Positions 1-12,545 are shown, numbered from the stretch's first letter. The stretch: DNA of 64,000 nt from Octopus sinensis (GCF_006345805.1 NC_042997.1:34224001-34288000); one strand, 5' to 3'. Numbers and translations: made by a program. The notes: generated by a model from the letters alone, not told the origin.

Positions 1-67
1 TAATTTCAGTCCAAGAGTTCTGCCGTAGCAGTAGCTAGGTAGCATATAAAGTGTCTTTATATGAAAT

Positions 68-102
<35 letters not shown>

Positions 103-144
103 TTCTCAGTCTACCTATCACCTAGTTGTTTTATGAATTTATAT

Positions 145-198
<54 letters not shown>

Positions 199-199
<1 letters not shown>

Positions 200-1200
200 T
201 AGCAGAGATACTCGGCGTTGCCCGTGTTACATACAATTGAAGAATTAGACTCTTCTGTTATATTTTCTCTAATGAACTGGAATATCTCTGTTTCGAATTT
301 CATCAAAATTGCAGATCAGGGTTATTTCCCTCTTTACACACCCCCCAAAATTGTAATCGTGCCACATGTATCCCACACTACTGATTTTTATGCGCATATT
401 CCAAAATTCCAGCAAATGGAAGGGCGTGATCTCAAGTGAAATAAACATTAACAACTGTGTGACGTGAGGGCTAAGGAGAAATGAAAGTTGGAGTTTGCAA
501 ATGACCACTATACTGATATGTAACTGGACAGAATAAATTTACAATCTATAAATGTCTTTGAATAACCAGTCACTCATCTGGTAAGGCCTTGAAATAAATG
601 TTACTATCTGGGGGCTATGTTTGACCGAGTGATAATAAAAAGACTGAAAGGAGATCTGCAATCAATTAAACTCAACGCTTTGCAACTGAATCAGTGGAGG
701 CAAAGATGCCTCTCATTTACTTGGCAATGTATGCAGCACATTGCAGAAATCACAATCTAAGTGTATGTAAAAGCAAACTGTTACAGTGTTGTACCATTGA
801 ATTAGAAATAATGCTCAACTTTTATGCTCGGGTAACCCTACAGCTTCCAAGAGCACTACTGTATTCGTTTTTGCTTTGATAAAATGTCAAAAAATGTGGG
901 TGTTAAGTCCCCATGGAGGGGTGTTTATAACTTCTAAGAAGATGAAATTTTATAAATATTACTTTATTTGTGTCTAATATCTATGGTTAAAATTTCCTCA
1001 ACAGCAAAAATATATGAATTGTCATGGGGGTTATGGCCCTTATGCATAGAATATAATTTCCAAATTTCATAAAGATCCATTCAGTACTTTTGACCTAGTT
1101 TTTGATCATTAAAGAAATGACTAAAATTTGGGAGTTATGGCTCCCATTAGGGTGTTATATATATATATATATATATATGTAGATAGATAGATATATGTAG
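199..1200 (-). mobile_element. Non-autonomous Helitron-like element
   Basis: The minus-strand 3' end reads CACGGGCAACGCCGAG-TATCTCTG-CTAG|T (GC-rich imperfect hairpin, then CTAG at 199-202), the same terminus design as the elements at 36.7, 39.6, 43.1 and 58.9 kb. The 5' end is lost in the (TA)/(TAGA) tract near 1160-1200. Confidence 0.55.
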
Positions 1201-1202
1201 AT

Positions 1203-1233
<31 letters not shown>

Positions 1234-1289
1234 AAGATAATTTGATAGATACAACAGATTGGGCAAACAAAAATATGAGACACAGCCTG

Positions 1290-1498
1290 ATGCTTTTTTT
1301 ATGTTGATAAGCTTGGTACTTATTCTATTAGTTTCTTCTTGTAAAACAAGTAAGTTAAGTGGATGTAAATATATGAACAGCAGTTGTGAAGCAGTGATGA
1401 GGGCGAAACACAGAGACAAAAACACACACATACACTTACATATATACATACATATATATATGCGATTGATTTATTTCAGTTCCTGTCTACGAAATCCA
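1290..1498 (-). mobile_element. Degenerate partial SINE (family A)
   Basis: Diverged match to the family A 3' half (GTACTTATTCTAT...TTTCAGTTCCTGTCTAC..AAATCCA), interrupted by the RTE insertion. Confidence 0.6.
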
Positions 1499-1504
1499 TA
1501 CATA

Positions 1505-4170
1505 TTGTTGTTGGCATCCTTTTTGTCTCGGGAGACAATGGAGTTGCGCATAAAATAATCTAGTCCGGCTTTTACAATTCCTGTCCTAATACATCTCCTG
1601 CCGTGGCTGTGTAGTCCTATCCTGGACAAACACTCCCTCTGGCAGGTGCCGTAAATGTAGCGAAGACTTTGCCTGGCTGGTTGTCATATTTTCTTGTTGA
1701 CGTAATTTCTTGTCTTTTCATATCTCCTCTCTCTCTCTATGTCACTCCTTTGTGTTCCCTCTTTTACGGTACGTCGCCAATCTCCTGGGTTGCTGGCAAC
1801 TGCTTCCCAGTTTGTAATATTGATGTTGCAGGCATTCATGTCCCTTTTGCAAACATCCTTGTATTGTAAGAACGGTCTTCTCACAGACCTAGTGCCCCTA
1901 GTAAGCTCTCCGTAGAGTATGTCCTTGGGGATTCTGCCATCTTCCATACGGCTAACATGTCCAAGCCATCTCATACGTCTTTGTGTGAGGAGTGCAAACA
2001 TGCTTGGTATTCCTGCTTGCTTGAGGACATCTTTGTTGTGGACATGATTCTGCCATTTGATGCGAAGGATTTTCCGGAGGTAGCGCAGGTGAAAGATATT
2101 TAGGCAACGCTCTTGGTGTGTGTATGGCATCCAAGTCTCACTTCCATACAGTAGAGTGCTAAGTACACATGCCTGGTAAATCTTCACTTTTGTGGTCTTG
2201 GTCAGCTTATTGTTGTTCCATGCCCGTTTGGATAGTTGGGTCATCACAGCAGCTGCCTTGCCAATGCGTATATTGAGCTCAGCATTAAGGGATAGGTTGT
2301 AGGTGACGGTAGAGCTAAGATAGGTAAACTTCTCCACCTCCTGTAGTCTGTGGTCTCCTATACGTTTGCTTGGGATCTCTGATGTAGCCTGGCCCATGAT
2401 GTTGGTCTTCTTGAGGCTGATAACTAAGCCAAAGTCGCTATATGCATGCTCAAAACAGTTGATGAGCCTTTGTAGGGATTCTTCTGTGTGTGATACCAGA
2501 GCGGCATCATTAGGAAATAACACTTCCTTGATCAGGACGCTTTTGATTTTGGTCTTGACACGCAGACGCAAGAGATTGAACAGTTTCCCGTCACTTCTAC
2601 TGTGCAGAAACACTCCATCATTTGATGTCTGAAAGGCATGTGACAGCAGCAGCGAGAAGAAGATGTCAAATAATGTAGGAGCAAAGGCACAACCTTGCTT
2701 TACCCCGTTTCTTTATTTGGAGGGCAGCTGATGTTGAACCATTGTGCTGTATGGTGCCTTGCATATCACCATGGAAAGATTTGATGATCCCCAGCAGCTT
2801 TGGTGGACATCCGATTTTTTGGAGCAGGAGGAAGAGACCTTTTCTACTTACCAAGTCAAAGGCTTTTGTCAGATCAATGAAGGCCATATATAAAGGCATT
2901 TTCTGCTCTCTGGACTTCTCCTGAAGTTGGTGTATGGAGAATATCATGTCAATAGTTGATCGTCTTCTTCTAAAGCCACACTGCGATTCTGAATAAATTC
3001 GAGAAGCAAGCAGTTGTATCCTGGAGAGGATAACGTGAGCAAAGGCCTTTCCAACAGTGCTTAGAAGAGATATTCCACAGTAATTGTTACGATCACCACG
3101 TTCACCTTTGTTTTTGTAAAGCATATCCTGAGGGACTCTACCCGAAGCAGGGTAGTGTTTTTGCCGGTTTTGATGATATCTAAGGGGATGACGTCTTTTC
3201 CCGGAGACTTGTTACTTGCTAGGGAGTCAATAGCCTTGGTGAGCTCTGCTATAGGTGGCAGACTGTCAAGTTCACACATGACTGGCAAGATCTTGACATC
3301 CTCGATTGTAGCCTCAGCTACCGTGGTCTCCCGTGAGTAGAGATCCTGGTAGTACTCCACCCATCTATCCATTTGCTTGCTTTGGTCCTTGATGAGATCT
3401 CCAGTAGTTGATTTCAGAGGGGCTGACTTGGTTGCGGATGGACCGAGGGCCTTCTTCAAACCGGCATACATCCCATGGGAGTCGCCACTGTCAGTAGCTG
3501 ACTGGATACCGTGACAGATTTCCAGCCAATACCTATTTGCACAGCGTCTGGCAGTCAGTTGGGTTTTATTTCTTGCCTTTCTGAGTTCTTCGAGTGACTT
3601 TGTGGAAGAAACACTCTTGTATTGCATCAGAGCTGCACGCTTTGCTTCGATAACTGTTTCCAGCTCTGAGAGCCCAGCACTGAACCAATCTGGGTTTTGC
3701 CTTTCTCTCATGCCGAAAGTATCTATTGATGTGGTGTACAAAGCTTCCCTAATATAATTCCATCTACTTTCAGCAGAGGAGTTTTGGCAGTTACTGAGGG
3801 CAACCTTGATAGAAACAGCAAAACATTTTCGCAGTGTAGGGTCGGAGGTTCTAGCAGTGTTAATGCGTGGTCGGCCCATTTTCTTGGAGTGATGGACTTT
3901 GTTAGGCAGAATCCTCACTCTGCTTCTTATTAGTAAATAATGTATGTCACAATCCGCACTGTGGTAACTACGGGTCAGTTGAACAGAATTCAGAAAGGAT
4001 CTTCGTGTAATGATGACATCCAGCTGATGCCAGTGGTGAGACATTGGATGTCTCCAAGATGCCTTGTGGGATGTCTTGTTGGCAAAGAATGTGTTGGTGA
4101 TGCATAGGTTATGGTATGTGCAAAATTCAAATAGTCTCTGGCCATTGTCACTCATGTTGCCAATACCGAA
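1505..4170 (-). mobile_element. 5'-truncated RTE-clade LINE retrotransposon
   Basis: Three overlapping minus-strand ORF pieces encode the end of an APE endonuclease (HWHQLDVIITRR, YHSADCDIH) and an RT (YSESQCGFRRRRSTIDMIF, FIDLTKAFDLV, GVKQGC, KFTYLSS, WLGHVSRMEDGRIPKDILYGEL). The 3' UTR ends in GATGCC(AAC)n near 1505. Confidence 0.92.
1684..4170 (-). pseudogene. RTE endonuclease-reverse transcriptase pseudogene
   Basis: Frameshifts near 3090 and 2708. The catalytic FADD motif reads FPND (LFPNDAALVSHTEE), so the RT is predicted to be inactive. Confidence 0.9.
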
Positions 4171-4291
4171 ACACATACACTTAGATATATATATACATAT
4201 ATATACGATTGATTTGTTTCAGTTCCTGTCTACGAAATCCACACACACACACACACACACACGCACACAAACACACACACACACACACACT

Positions 4292-4332
<41 letters not shown>

Positions 4333-4389
4333 CACACACAAAGATAAATTGATAGATACAATTGAGTGGGCAAACAAAAATATGAGACA

Positions 4390-4720
4390 CTGCGTAGTGA
4401 TTTTTTATATTTTGATAAGCCTGGTACTTATTCTATCAGTTTCTTCTTGTGAAACCAGTAAGTTATGGGGATGTAATTAAACGAACACCAGTTGTGAAGC
4501 AGTGATGAGGGAGAAACACAAAGACACACACATAGACTTACATATATACATACATATACATACAATTGATTTCTTTCAGTTTCTGTCTACAAAATCCACT
4601 GACAAGGCTTTGGTTGGTCTGAGGCTATAGCAGAAGACACATGCCAAGTTACCACACAGTGGAACTGAACTGAGGACCATGTGTTTTGGAACCGAGTTTC
4701 TTACCACACAGCCAAACCTG
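4390..4720 (-). mobile_element. Degenerate SINE (family A)
   Basis: Reverse complement of the family A body and tRNA-like head (GGAACTGAACTGAGGACCATGTG...TTACCACACAGCC). Confidence 0.7.
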
Positions 4721-4899
4721 CACCTATGTATGTGTGTGTGTGTGTGTGTGTTGGTTTGTGTGTGTGTGTGTGTTGGTTTGTGTGTGTGTGTAGGTGTGTG
4801 TATGGGTGTATATATGTATGCATGTATATATGTGTATATATTACATGTACATCTATATATATATACATCTAGACATACATGTATACATATACATGTATA

Positions 4900-4944
<45 letters not shown>

Positions 4945-4946
4945 TA

Positions 4947-5017
<71 letters not shown>

Positions 5018-5273
5018 CCATATACATACAATAGAGAGCTGTTTTTATTTCACTTTTAACACGTAATACTGAAATAGTGGAGAAGATATGATATTACTAT
5101 GGGCTGGCTCTAGGCAAGAAGTTAAAACTTTTTTTTGCCGATGACACTCCCCGGACCCTAAGTAAAGCATGTGTAAAATTCGAATGAAATTGGTTGTGTA
5201 GTTCTCAAGTTTTAGGGAAACACACAGACAGACACACATTCTCAGATTTATATATATATATTTATATATATAT

Positions 5274-5304
<31 letters not shown>

Positions 5305-6423
5305 TATTCCATTTTCAAAGTAGATAAAATAGTGCGTTGTAATGGAAAAAAGAGAAGTATTTGCTTTTTCTCTCTAAAATCTGTTTTTTCTATTTTTTAC
5401 AAGTGCTCAGAGTTAAATTTACAGTTAAATTTGTAGTTTATGTTTTTTTTTTAATATTTATGGTTGTGTTATATAGAAATGTGCAGTTAGGGAGTTAAAG
5501 CTATTTTCCGAGAATCCAGGTTCATTGTGATGGAAACACTTTTTTTTAGTATTCTATTAATTGAATATGAGTAACAATAGTTTTAGAAACATTTTGGATA
5601 CATGGATTGTACCTTTCTTATGTGGTCAATGTATGGATTCTTTGACAATATTCAGTGGGCAATTGACATCAATCATTCGGAATAGCTTTATTTTGCAGGT
5701 TCAAATAACCATATACAGTTTGTTTTTATTCGTTTACTCTCGTTATATAGTAAGTTTCCATATTTTCGTGACCCAGCGGTCTCAATATACTTCTATTAAT
5801 ATATGGGTGTTATAATAGTTTTTGTTATCTTAATCCAATCAAGTTTCATTGGGTTGTTTGCTTTTCATTTATGAATAAATATTCAATGGGGATCTCTTTC
5901 TCTCAGTACGATGTTATATATTTGTCAGTATTCCATGCAAGGCTTATAGCATGGTTTGTTCGTTATGACCTGGAAATTGCATGACCTTTTTAGAAAAGTG
6001 ATGTATATTTATTCCATGATTTATTGATGTTCTTTGGAGACAGAAGTTTGTTAGTTGCTATTCCCTATCTCTTCTAGAGGTTATTACCTAACCAAATGAT
6101 GCCCGTTTCATGTTTGTAAACTTTAACAAGATAGCTATTGATTTCTGTTCTCTGTTGCAGATGTTGCTTTAGTTTTACGAAACAGGTTTCATATGATGTC
6201 AATATAGATTTAAGTTTCCTACTGTTGATGCTTAAAATTCTTGGAAAACAAAGCAGATTCCAAGTTTTTGTTCTCCCTGCTAAAACGAAAATAGGCAGTC
6301 GGAAAGTCGTTGAGAGCTGTCTTTCGTATACACTTGGATATTACATACATACATGCATACATACAAACATACATACATGTGTATATGTATATGTATTAAA
6401 TATACATATACATAGACACACGT

Positions 6424-6808
6424 GGAGGCGCAATGGCCCAGTGGTTAGGGCAGCGGACTCGCGGTCGTAGGATCGCGGTTTCGATTCCCAGACCGGACGT
6501 TGTGAGTGTTTATTGAGCGAAAACACCTAAAAGCTCCACGAGGCTCCGGCAGGGATGGTGGTGATCCCTGCTGTACTCTTTCGCCACAACTTTCTCTCAC
6601 TCTTACTTCCTGTTTCTGTTGTACCTGTATTTCAAAGGGCCGGCCTTGTCACACTCTGTGTCACGCTGAATATCCCCGAGAACTACGGTAAGGGTACGCG
6701 TGTCTGTGGAGTGCTCAGCCACTTACACGTTAATTTCACGAGCAGGCTGTTCCGTTGATTCGGATCAACCGGAACCCTCGTCGTCGTAACCGACGGAGTG
6801 CTTCCATC
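6424..6808 (+). mobile_element. tRNA-derived SINE (family B), copy 1
   Basis: Pol III box A (TGGCCCAGTGG) and box B (GGTTTCGATTCCC) are followed by a ~300 bp body; near-identical to the next copy. Confidence 0.85.
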
Positions 6809-6838
6809 CATTAAATATACATATACATAGACACACGT

Positions 6839-7220
6839 GGAGGCGCAATGGCCCAGTGGTTAGGGCAGCGGACTCGCGGTCGTAGGATCGCGATTTCGAT
6901 TCCCAGACCGGGCGTTGTGAGTGTTTATTGAGCGAAAACACCTAAAAGCTCCACGAGGCTCCGGCAGGGATGGTGGTGATCCCTGCTGTACTCTTTCACC
7001 ACAACTTTCTCTCACTCTTACTTCCTGTTTCTGTTGTACCTGTATTTCAAGGGGCCGGCCTTGTCACTCTCTGTGTCACGCTGATTATCCCCGAGAACTA
7101 CGGTAAGGGTACGCGTGTCTGTGGAGTGCTCAGCCACTTACACGTTAATTTCACGAGCAGGCTGTTCCGTTGATTCGGATCAACCGGAACCCTCGTCGTC
7201 GTTACCGACGGAGTGCTTCC
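6839..7220 (+). mobile_element. tRNA-derived SINE (family B), copy 2
   Basis: Tandem duplicate of 6424-6808 with a 415-bp period that includes about 30 bp of 5' flank. Confidence 0.85.
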
Positions 7221-7396
7221 TCCTACATAGACACACACAAATCCATGCACACGTGCACACACACATAAACGCACACATACGGTATGCAAGACAATTGCGA
7301 ACAAAATATAAGGGAAAGCAATGAGATTATAGTGAAAAATATATTTTCAGAAAAAAAAGTGTTATATGTGTACACCTTGATTTATTAAAAGACTCC

Positions 7397-7710
7397 GCCG
7401 GTTACGACGACGAGTGTCCCAGCTGATACGATCAACGGAACAGCTTGCTCGTGAAATTAACGTGCAAATGGCTGAGCATTCCACAGACACGTGTACCCTT
7501 AACGTAGTTCTCGGGGATAATCAGCGTGACACAGAGAGTGACAAGGCTGACCCTTTGAAATACAAGTACAACTCATTTTTGCCAGCTGAGTGGACTGGAG
7601 CAACGTGAAATAAAGTGTCTTGCTCAAGGACACAACGCGTCGCCGGGAATCGAACTCACAACCTTACGATCATGAGCCGAATGCCCTAACCACTAAGCCA
7701 CGCGCCCTCA
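7397..7710 (-). mobile_element. SINE sharing the family B 3' half but with a different tRNA/CORE-like head
   Basis: The 3' ~170 bp match family B. The head GGCGCGTGGCTTAGTGGTTAGGG...GTTCGATTCCCGG...TGTGTCCTTGAGCAAGACACTT differs and resembles the SINE CORE motif. Confidence 0.8.
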
Positions 7711-7734
7711 CATTGATTTATTAAAGAACTCGCT

Positions 7735-8240
7735 TATTCAATAGACTCAGTCGCAGCCTCAATAAGGTTATAGATTTATCCACAGAAGCAACTGAATTAA
7801 ATAAATGCTCCCTGTTCATGTGATGGTAGTCTTCAAAATGTCCCCTTTCAGAGTCTATATGGTTCAAATTAGGTGAGCTGGGGCTAAAATCTACGCCTTA
7901 TGCGACTGTGAAAAAAAGTCAGTAAGCTGCTTCTGGAGCACGTGAGCCATGTGGGAAGGATAAAAGAGCTGCTGGAACACTTACTATCTTCTGTCGGTCA
8001 ATCTATCGATACAAAGCTTGACTACCGTGTCTAGTAATATGACGCAAAGAGTAATATTGGCTAAAAAAAACCCTCATAAGAATGACTGGCGTGGCATGAC
8101 ATGGCCGTAGCTGCTCACGGCATCCAAAACCTTCAGAAACGACAGGATAATGGTGTCTGTAGCTGTGGTTCCATTGTGGAGTTCGTATACACCTATATAC
8201 CCAGGCGATATCTCAGCTCTAACAAAACCATTGGGCTAAG
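7735..8240 (-). pseudogene. Tc1/mariner (maT/DD37D-like) transposase relic, C-terminal part
   Basis: Hand translation gives VLDAVSSYGHVMP...DTVVKLCIDR...VFQQLFYPSHMAHV...PSSPNLNHID...NLIEAATESIE*, with stops and frameshifts. Confidence 0.65.
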
Positions 8241-8344
8241 ATTGTATATATATTACACATATCTACATTTGTATGTGTGTATACATACATACATACATAC
8301 ATACATACATACATACATACATGCATATATATATATATATTATC

Positions 8345-8377
<33 letters not shown>

Positions 8378-8378
<1 letters not shown>

Positions 8379-8812
8379 GCGCAGGAGTGACTGTCTGGTA
8401 GGTAGCTTGCTTACCAACCACATGGTTCCGGGTTCAGTCCCACTGCGTGGCATCTTGGGCAAGTTCTTCTTCTGCTATAGCCTCGGCCGACCAAAGCCTG
8501 TGAGTGGATTTGGTGACGGAACTGAAAGAAGCCTGTCGTATAATGTATATATATATTTATATATGTATGTGTGTGTATGTTTGTGTGTCTGTGTTTTTTG
8601 TCCCCTTGATTGCTTGACAACCGATGCTGGTGTGTTTACGTCCCCGTCAATTAGCAGTTCGGCAAAAGAAACCGATAGAGTAAGTACTGCTGGCTTACAA
8701 AAATAAGTCCCGGGGTCGATTTGCTCGACTAAAGTCGGTGCTCCAGCTCAGCATGGCGCAGTCAAATGACTGAAACAAGTAAAAGAGTAAAAGAGTAAAA
8801 GAGTAAAAGAGT
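8378..8812 (+). mobile_element. tRNA-derived SINE (family A) with internal microsatellite and (GAGTAAAA)n tail
   Basis: GGCGCAGGAGTG..GTGTGGTA head, box B GGTTCAGTCCC, internal (TA)/(TG) tract, 3' CAGTCAAATGACTGAAACAAG plus tail repeats. Confidence 0.88.
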
Positions 8813-8905
8813 ATATATATATAAATATAATATATAATATATATTATATATATATATATGAAAAAACAAGTCAAAAATAGAAAATGCTAGGATAATTTTA
8901 TAGTG

Positions 8906-8958
8906 AATCTTTCAGTACCGGTTTCGGTCATTTTGAGACCTTTTCAACTGTAACGATT
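8906..8958 (-). ncRNA. Minimal type-I hammerhead ribozyme, U3-A8 core variant
   Basis: CAG-UUGAAAA-GGUC(UCAAAAU)GACC-GAAA-CCGG-UA|CUG; stem I extends through AAUC/GAUU. Confidence 0.65.
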
Positions 8959-9493
8959 AAATAATTAATTTTTTTTTTCTTCTTCTCTTCCTCTCTTCTT
9001 CATCATCATCATCATTATCATCATCATCGTCGTCATCATCATCACCCACCATCATCACCACCATCTTCCCTTCTTCTTCTTCTTCTTCTTCTTCTTCTTC
9101 TTCTTCTTCTTCTTCTTCATCATCATCATCAACATCGTCATCTTCTTCTTCTTCTACTTCTTCTCACCTTCCACCCCTTAACCTTGTCACTAATGTCTTT
9201 CAGTATAACGCCTACGCAAATTTCCATAAACAATTCCTGAATTGAACTGCGACTACTGTCAGCCACTGACCATTCAAAATACGACCATTAAGGCATTCCC
9301 AGATTTCCCCACCCCCTCTCCACATCAGCCTCCTTATTCTTCACCTATCCTACCAAGAACTCAAAACGACCTCGAACACACAAGTGCAAACAAGGGAGTC
9401 AGAGAAGGCAGAATGCTACTTATATCTGAACACTACTACAGAAATATTCTTTTAAAAAAACTTTTCTTCTAATTTTTCTAAATTTAATTATTT

Positions 9494-9546
9494 AATCGTT
9501 ACAGTTGAAAAGGTCTCAAAATGACTGAAACCGGTACTGAAAGATT
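9494..9546 (+). ncRNA. Minimal type-I hammerhead ribozyme, U3-A8 core variant
   Basis: Inverted twin of 8906-8958 with a G-U pair at the base of stem II; predicted cleavage after 9536. Confidence 0.6.
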
Positions 9547-9628
9547 CACTATAAAATTATTATCCTAGCATTTTCTATTTTTGACTTGTTTTTTTCATAT
9601 ATATATCAACTCGTGTGTTCCTTTCCAC

Positions 9629-9666
<38 letters not shown>

Positions 9667-9919
9667 TATATTATATATATATAATTATATATGTATGTAT
9701 ATATATATATATATCTTTTATTCTTGTATTTGTTTGAATCATTGGACTGCGGTCATGCTGGAGCACAACACAGCCTCAGAGGTTTTAGTAGAACAAATCA
9801 ATCCCAGAACTTATTTTTTAAGCTAAGTACTTATTCTATTGGCCACTTTTGGTGAACCAATACGGGAATGCAAACACAACACCTGTTGTCAAGCGGTGAT
9901 GGGGGACAAATACAGACAC

Positions 9920-9952
<33 letters not shown>

Positions 9953-10130
9953 CATACATACATAAAAACATACATACATACATATATGTATACGATGGAT
10001 TTTCAGTTCCCGTCTACCAAATCCACTCACAAGGCTTCGGTCGAGCCGAGGCTGTATATAATCGTCACTAGGTGCGACAAAGGGTGCCGAGACACCTATA
10101 TTGCTAGAAATAAAAGTTAAAATATTCTCG

Positions 10131-10535
10131 ATGCTGTAGGAAGCGCACTAACGTATACACACATGCTGACAGGGGAGGTAACCACCCCATGACCGACACA
10201 AGTATCCCAAGGACCTGACGCCTAGTTTTGCCTGTTCTGTAGGCATCGTCAGTGAGGACTGCTCGAACGGCACATATCAGCCAATTCCGTCTGTCAGTAT
10301 ATACTCTTTTACTCTTTTACTTGCTTCAGTCATTTGACTGCGGCCATGCTGGAGCACCGCCTTTAGTCGAGCAAATCGACCCGGGACTTATTCTTTGTAA
10401 GCCCAGTACTTATTCTATTGGTCTCTTTTGCCGAACCGCTAAGTAACGGGGACGTAAACAAACACCAGCATCGGTTGTCAAGCAATGCTAGGGGGACAAA
10501 CACAGACACACAAACACACATACATACATACATAC

Positions 10536-10621
<86 letters not shown>

Positions 10622-11004
10622 AATATATATATATACACATATAATATACGACAGGCTTCTTTCAGTTTCCGTCTACCAAATCCCCCCCACAAGGCATGGT
10701 CGGCCCGAGGCATAGCACAGAAGACACTTGCCCAAGATGCCACGCAGTGGGACTGAACCCGGAACCATGTGGTTGGTTAGCAAGCTACTTACCACACAGC
10801 CAGAACATCTATGGATGATTTAGCAAAATGCTAATGCGTATACAAAAAAACAGTTAGGCGCAAGTTGATGAGCAGTCCTTACTGACGATGCCTACAGAAT
10901 TGGCGAAACTAGACGTCTAATGTAGGGATTTTTGAGCCGGTCATGGGACGGTAACCTCCTCTGTCAGCATGTGTGTATACATTTGTGTGCTCCCCACGGC
11001 ATTA
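10131..11004. mobile_element. Foldback element (arms 10131-10264 / 10870-11004) with degenerate hammerhead motifs, SINE in the spacer
   Basis: The arms are diverged reverse complements. The right arm has CTGACGA-TGCC...GGC-GAAA-CTAG at 10882-10912. Confidence 0.6.
10303..10802 (-). mobile_element. SINE family A
   Basis: Near-complete reverse-complement copy with internal (TA)n tract. Confidence 0.88.
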
Positions 11005-12201
11005 AGAATACTTTAACTCTTAATTCTAGCAATGTGGGCATCTCGACACTCTTCGTTACACTTAGTGATAGAGCAGTCAGTCTTACAAACTTCTCAGTTA
11101 CTCAAGATAGTATACAAGTGAAGAACTGGTTTCATGGTATTGGTATGTGGGAAAGCTCGTTTGGTTTAAAATTCCCTCTCAACTCAATCTGCCATAAAGT
11201 GCAATTAAAACGTTACATAGTCGCTCACACAAACACACACACACAACACACACACACGCACAAACGTCCCTCCCACACACACACGCACACACGCACACAA
11301 ACACGCTTCCCCCACACACAGATGCACACACGCACACACGCACACACACACACACACACCACACACGCACACACACTTCTCCCACACACATGCACACACA
11401 CAAACACCCCTCCCACACACACACACACACACACACGCACACACGCACACACACACACGCACACACATACACACGCACACACGCACACACACAAACACAC
11501 ATACGCACGCACAATCACATTCCAACAAATTGAAAAGAAACACCAGCAAATGCATCTGCACACTTACTTAGAAACAGTCACATATACGTACTTAGAGAAC
11601 GAAATAGATCTGGTAAAAGAAAGACAGAAAATGATTGTTCATGAAATGTTAAATGCTTATCAAACCTGTTAACTACAAGCCAATAATTCACCTACATTAC
11701 GTCGTTTAGGTTTCCTACGTGAACAACAGCGATGGCGTATCCTTATCGCCATTCAAAATTTATCTTTAAGTCGATGATCTCATTATAATTATGTCAGAAT
11801 GAATGAGAGGGTCATCTGAATTTTGATCTACCATAATAGTACACGTAGATATTTGACCAAGTAGTTAGATGATCAATAAATTACATCGAGCAACAACCAT
11901 TTTGTCACACGTGTTTTGATGGGCGTTTAAATGTACTTTTTTTGTGTTGAGTTTGAATTCGAAACAATGCTTTTCCTCGAAGACTTATTTTTATTGTTCC
12001 TAATTCAGCATAATCACCAGCTAAAACTAAATTATCTAATTAGGTACACATACATACATATACATACATACATACATACACATATACATATACATACATA
12101 AAAACATACATACATACACACACATATATATAATATATATGTATACGTATATGTAATATGTATATGTATGCATTATGTGTACCATATGTATATAAATATA
12201 T

Positions 12202-12233
<32 letters not shown>

Positions 12234-12359
12234 AATATATATATATTATATTTAAATAATGAGGGAGATAAATTAATATTAATTTTAATATCAATTTAAA
12301 ACCAGTAGTCCAGCATACAAAAAATCTGAGAAGTCAGAGAAAATTCTAATATATATAAC

Positions 12360-12545
12360 GGGAAGCTTTATGAAAATAAACAAAAGACGAAGGCAGGTGG
12401 AATACAAACAAACAATTGTATTAGTATGGCGCTCAGGAATATAAATAAAACAAGTCTTTTACGTTTCGAGCCTACGCTCTTTAACAGAAAGATACACAGA
12501 AAAGAAACACGGAGAGAAACAAGGAGAGAAAAAATGCGTGCAGAA
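12360..12545 (-). mobile_element. Penelope pLTR-like fragment with degenerate minimal hammerhead (12455-12492)
   Basis: Minus strand TCTTT-CTGTTAA-A-GAGC(GTAG)GCTC-GAAA-CG-TA-AAAGA; same family as the insert at 25570-25750. Confidence 0.6.

Larger units (their letters stand above)
8855..9604. mobile_element. Foldback element: ~120-bp inverted arms, each carrying a hammerhead motif (Penelope pLTR-like)
   Basis: Arms 8855-8970 and 9478-9604 are near-perfect reverse complements. The spacer holds (TCA)/(TTC) microsatellites and ~300 bp of unique sequence. Confidence 0.75.

Noticed and set aside
4576-5066. Long ORFs made of YI/HT/CV/SIYL repeats here and at 10932-11672, 22081-22625, 51449-51879, 52827-53342 and elsewhere
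   Set aside because: They are translations of stop-free (TA)n, (CA)n, (TACA)n and (ATCT)n microsatellites, with no domain or splice support.
5450-6330. Possible L1/Tx1-type LINE 3' relic on the minus strand (CP..ES..H-like motif)
   Set aside because: Too degraded; only one weak motif by hand translation.
6424-6500. tRNA genes at SINE heads (also 8378, 15257, 28961, 52599)
   Set aside because: Box A/B are present but I could not form a full cloverleaf; each continues into a multi-copy SINE body.
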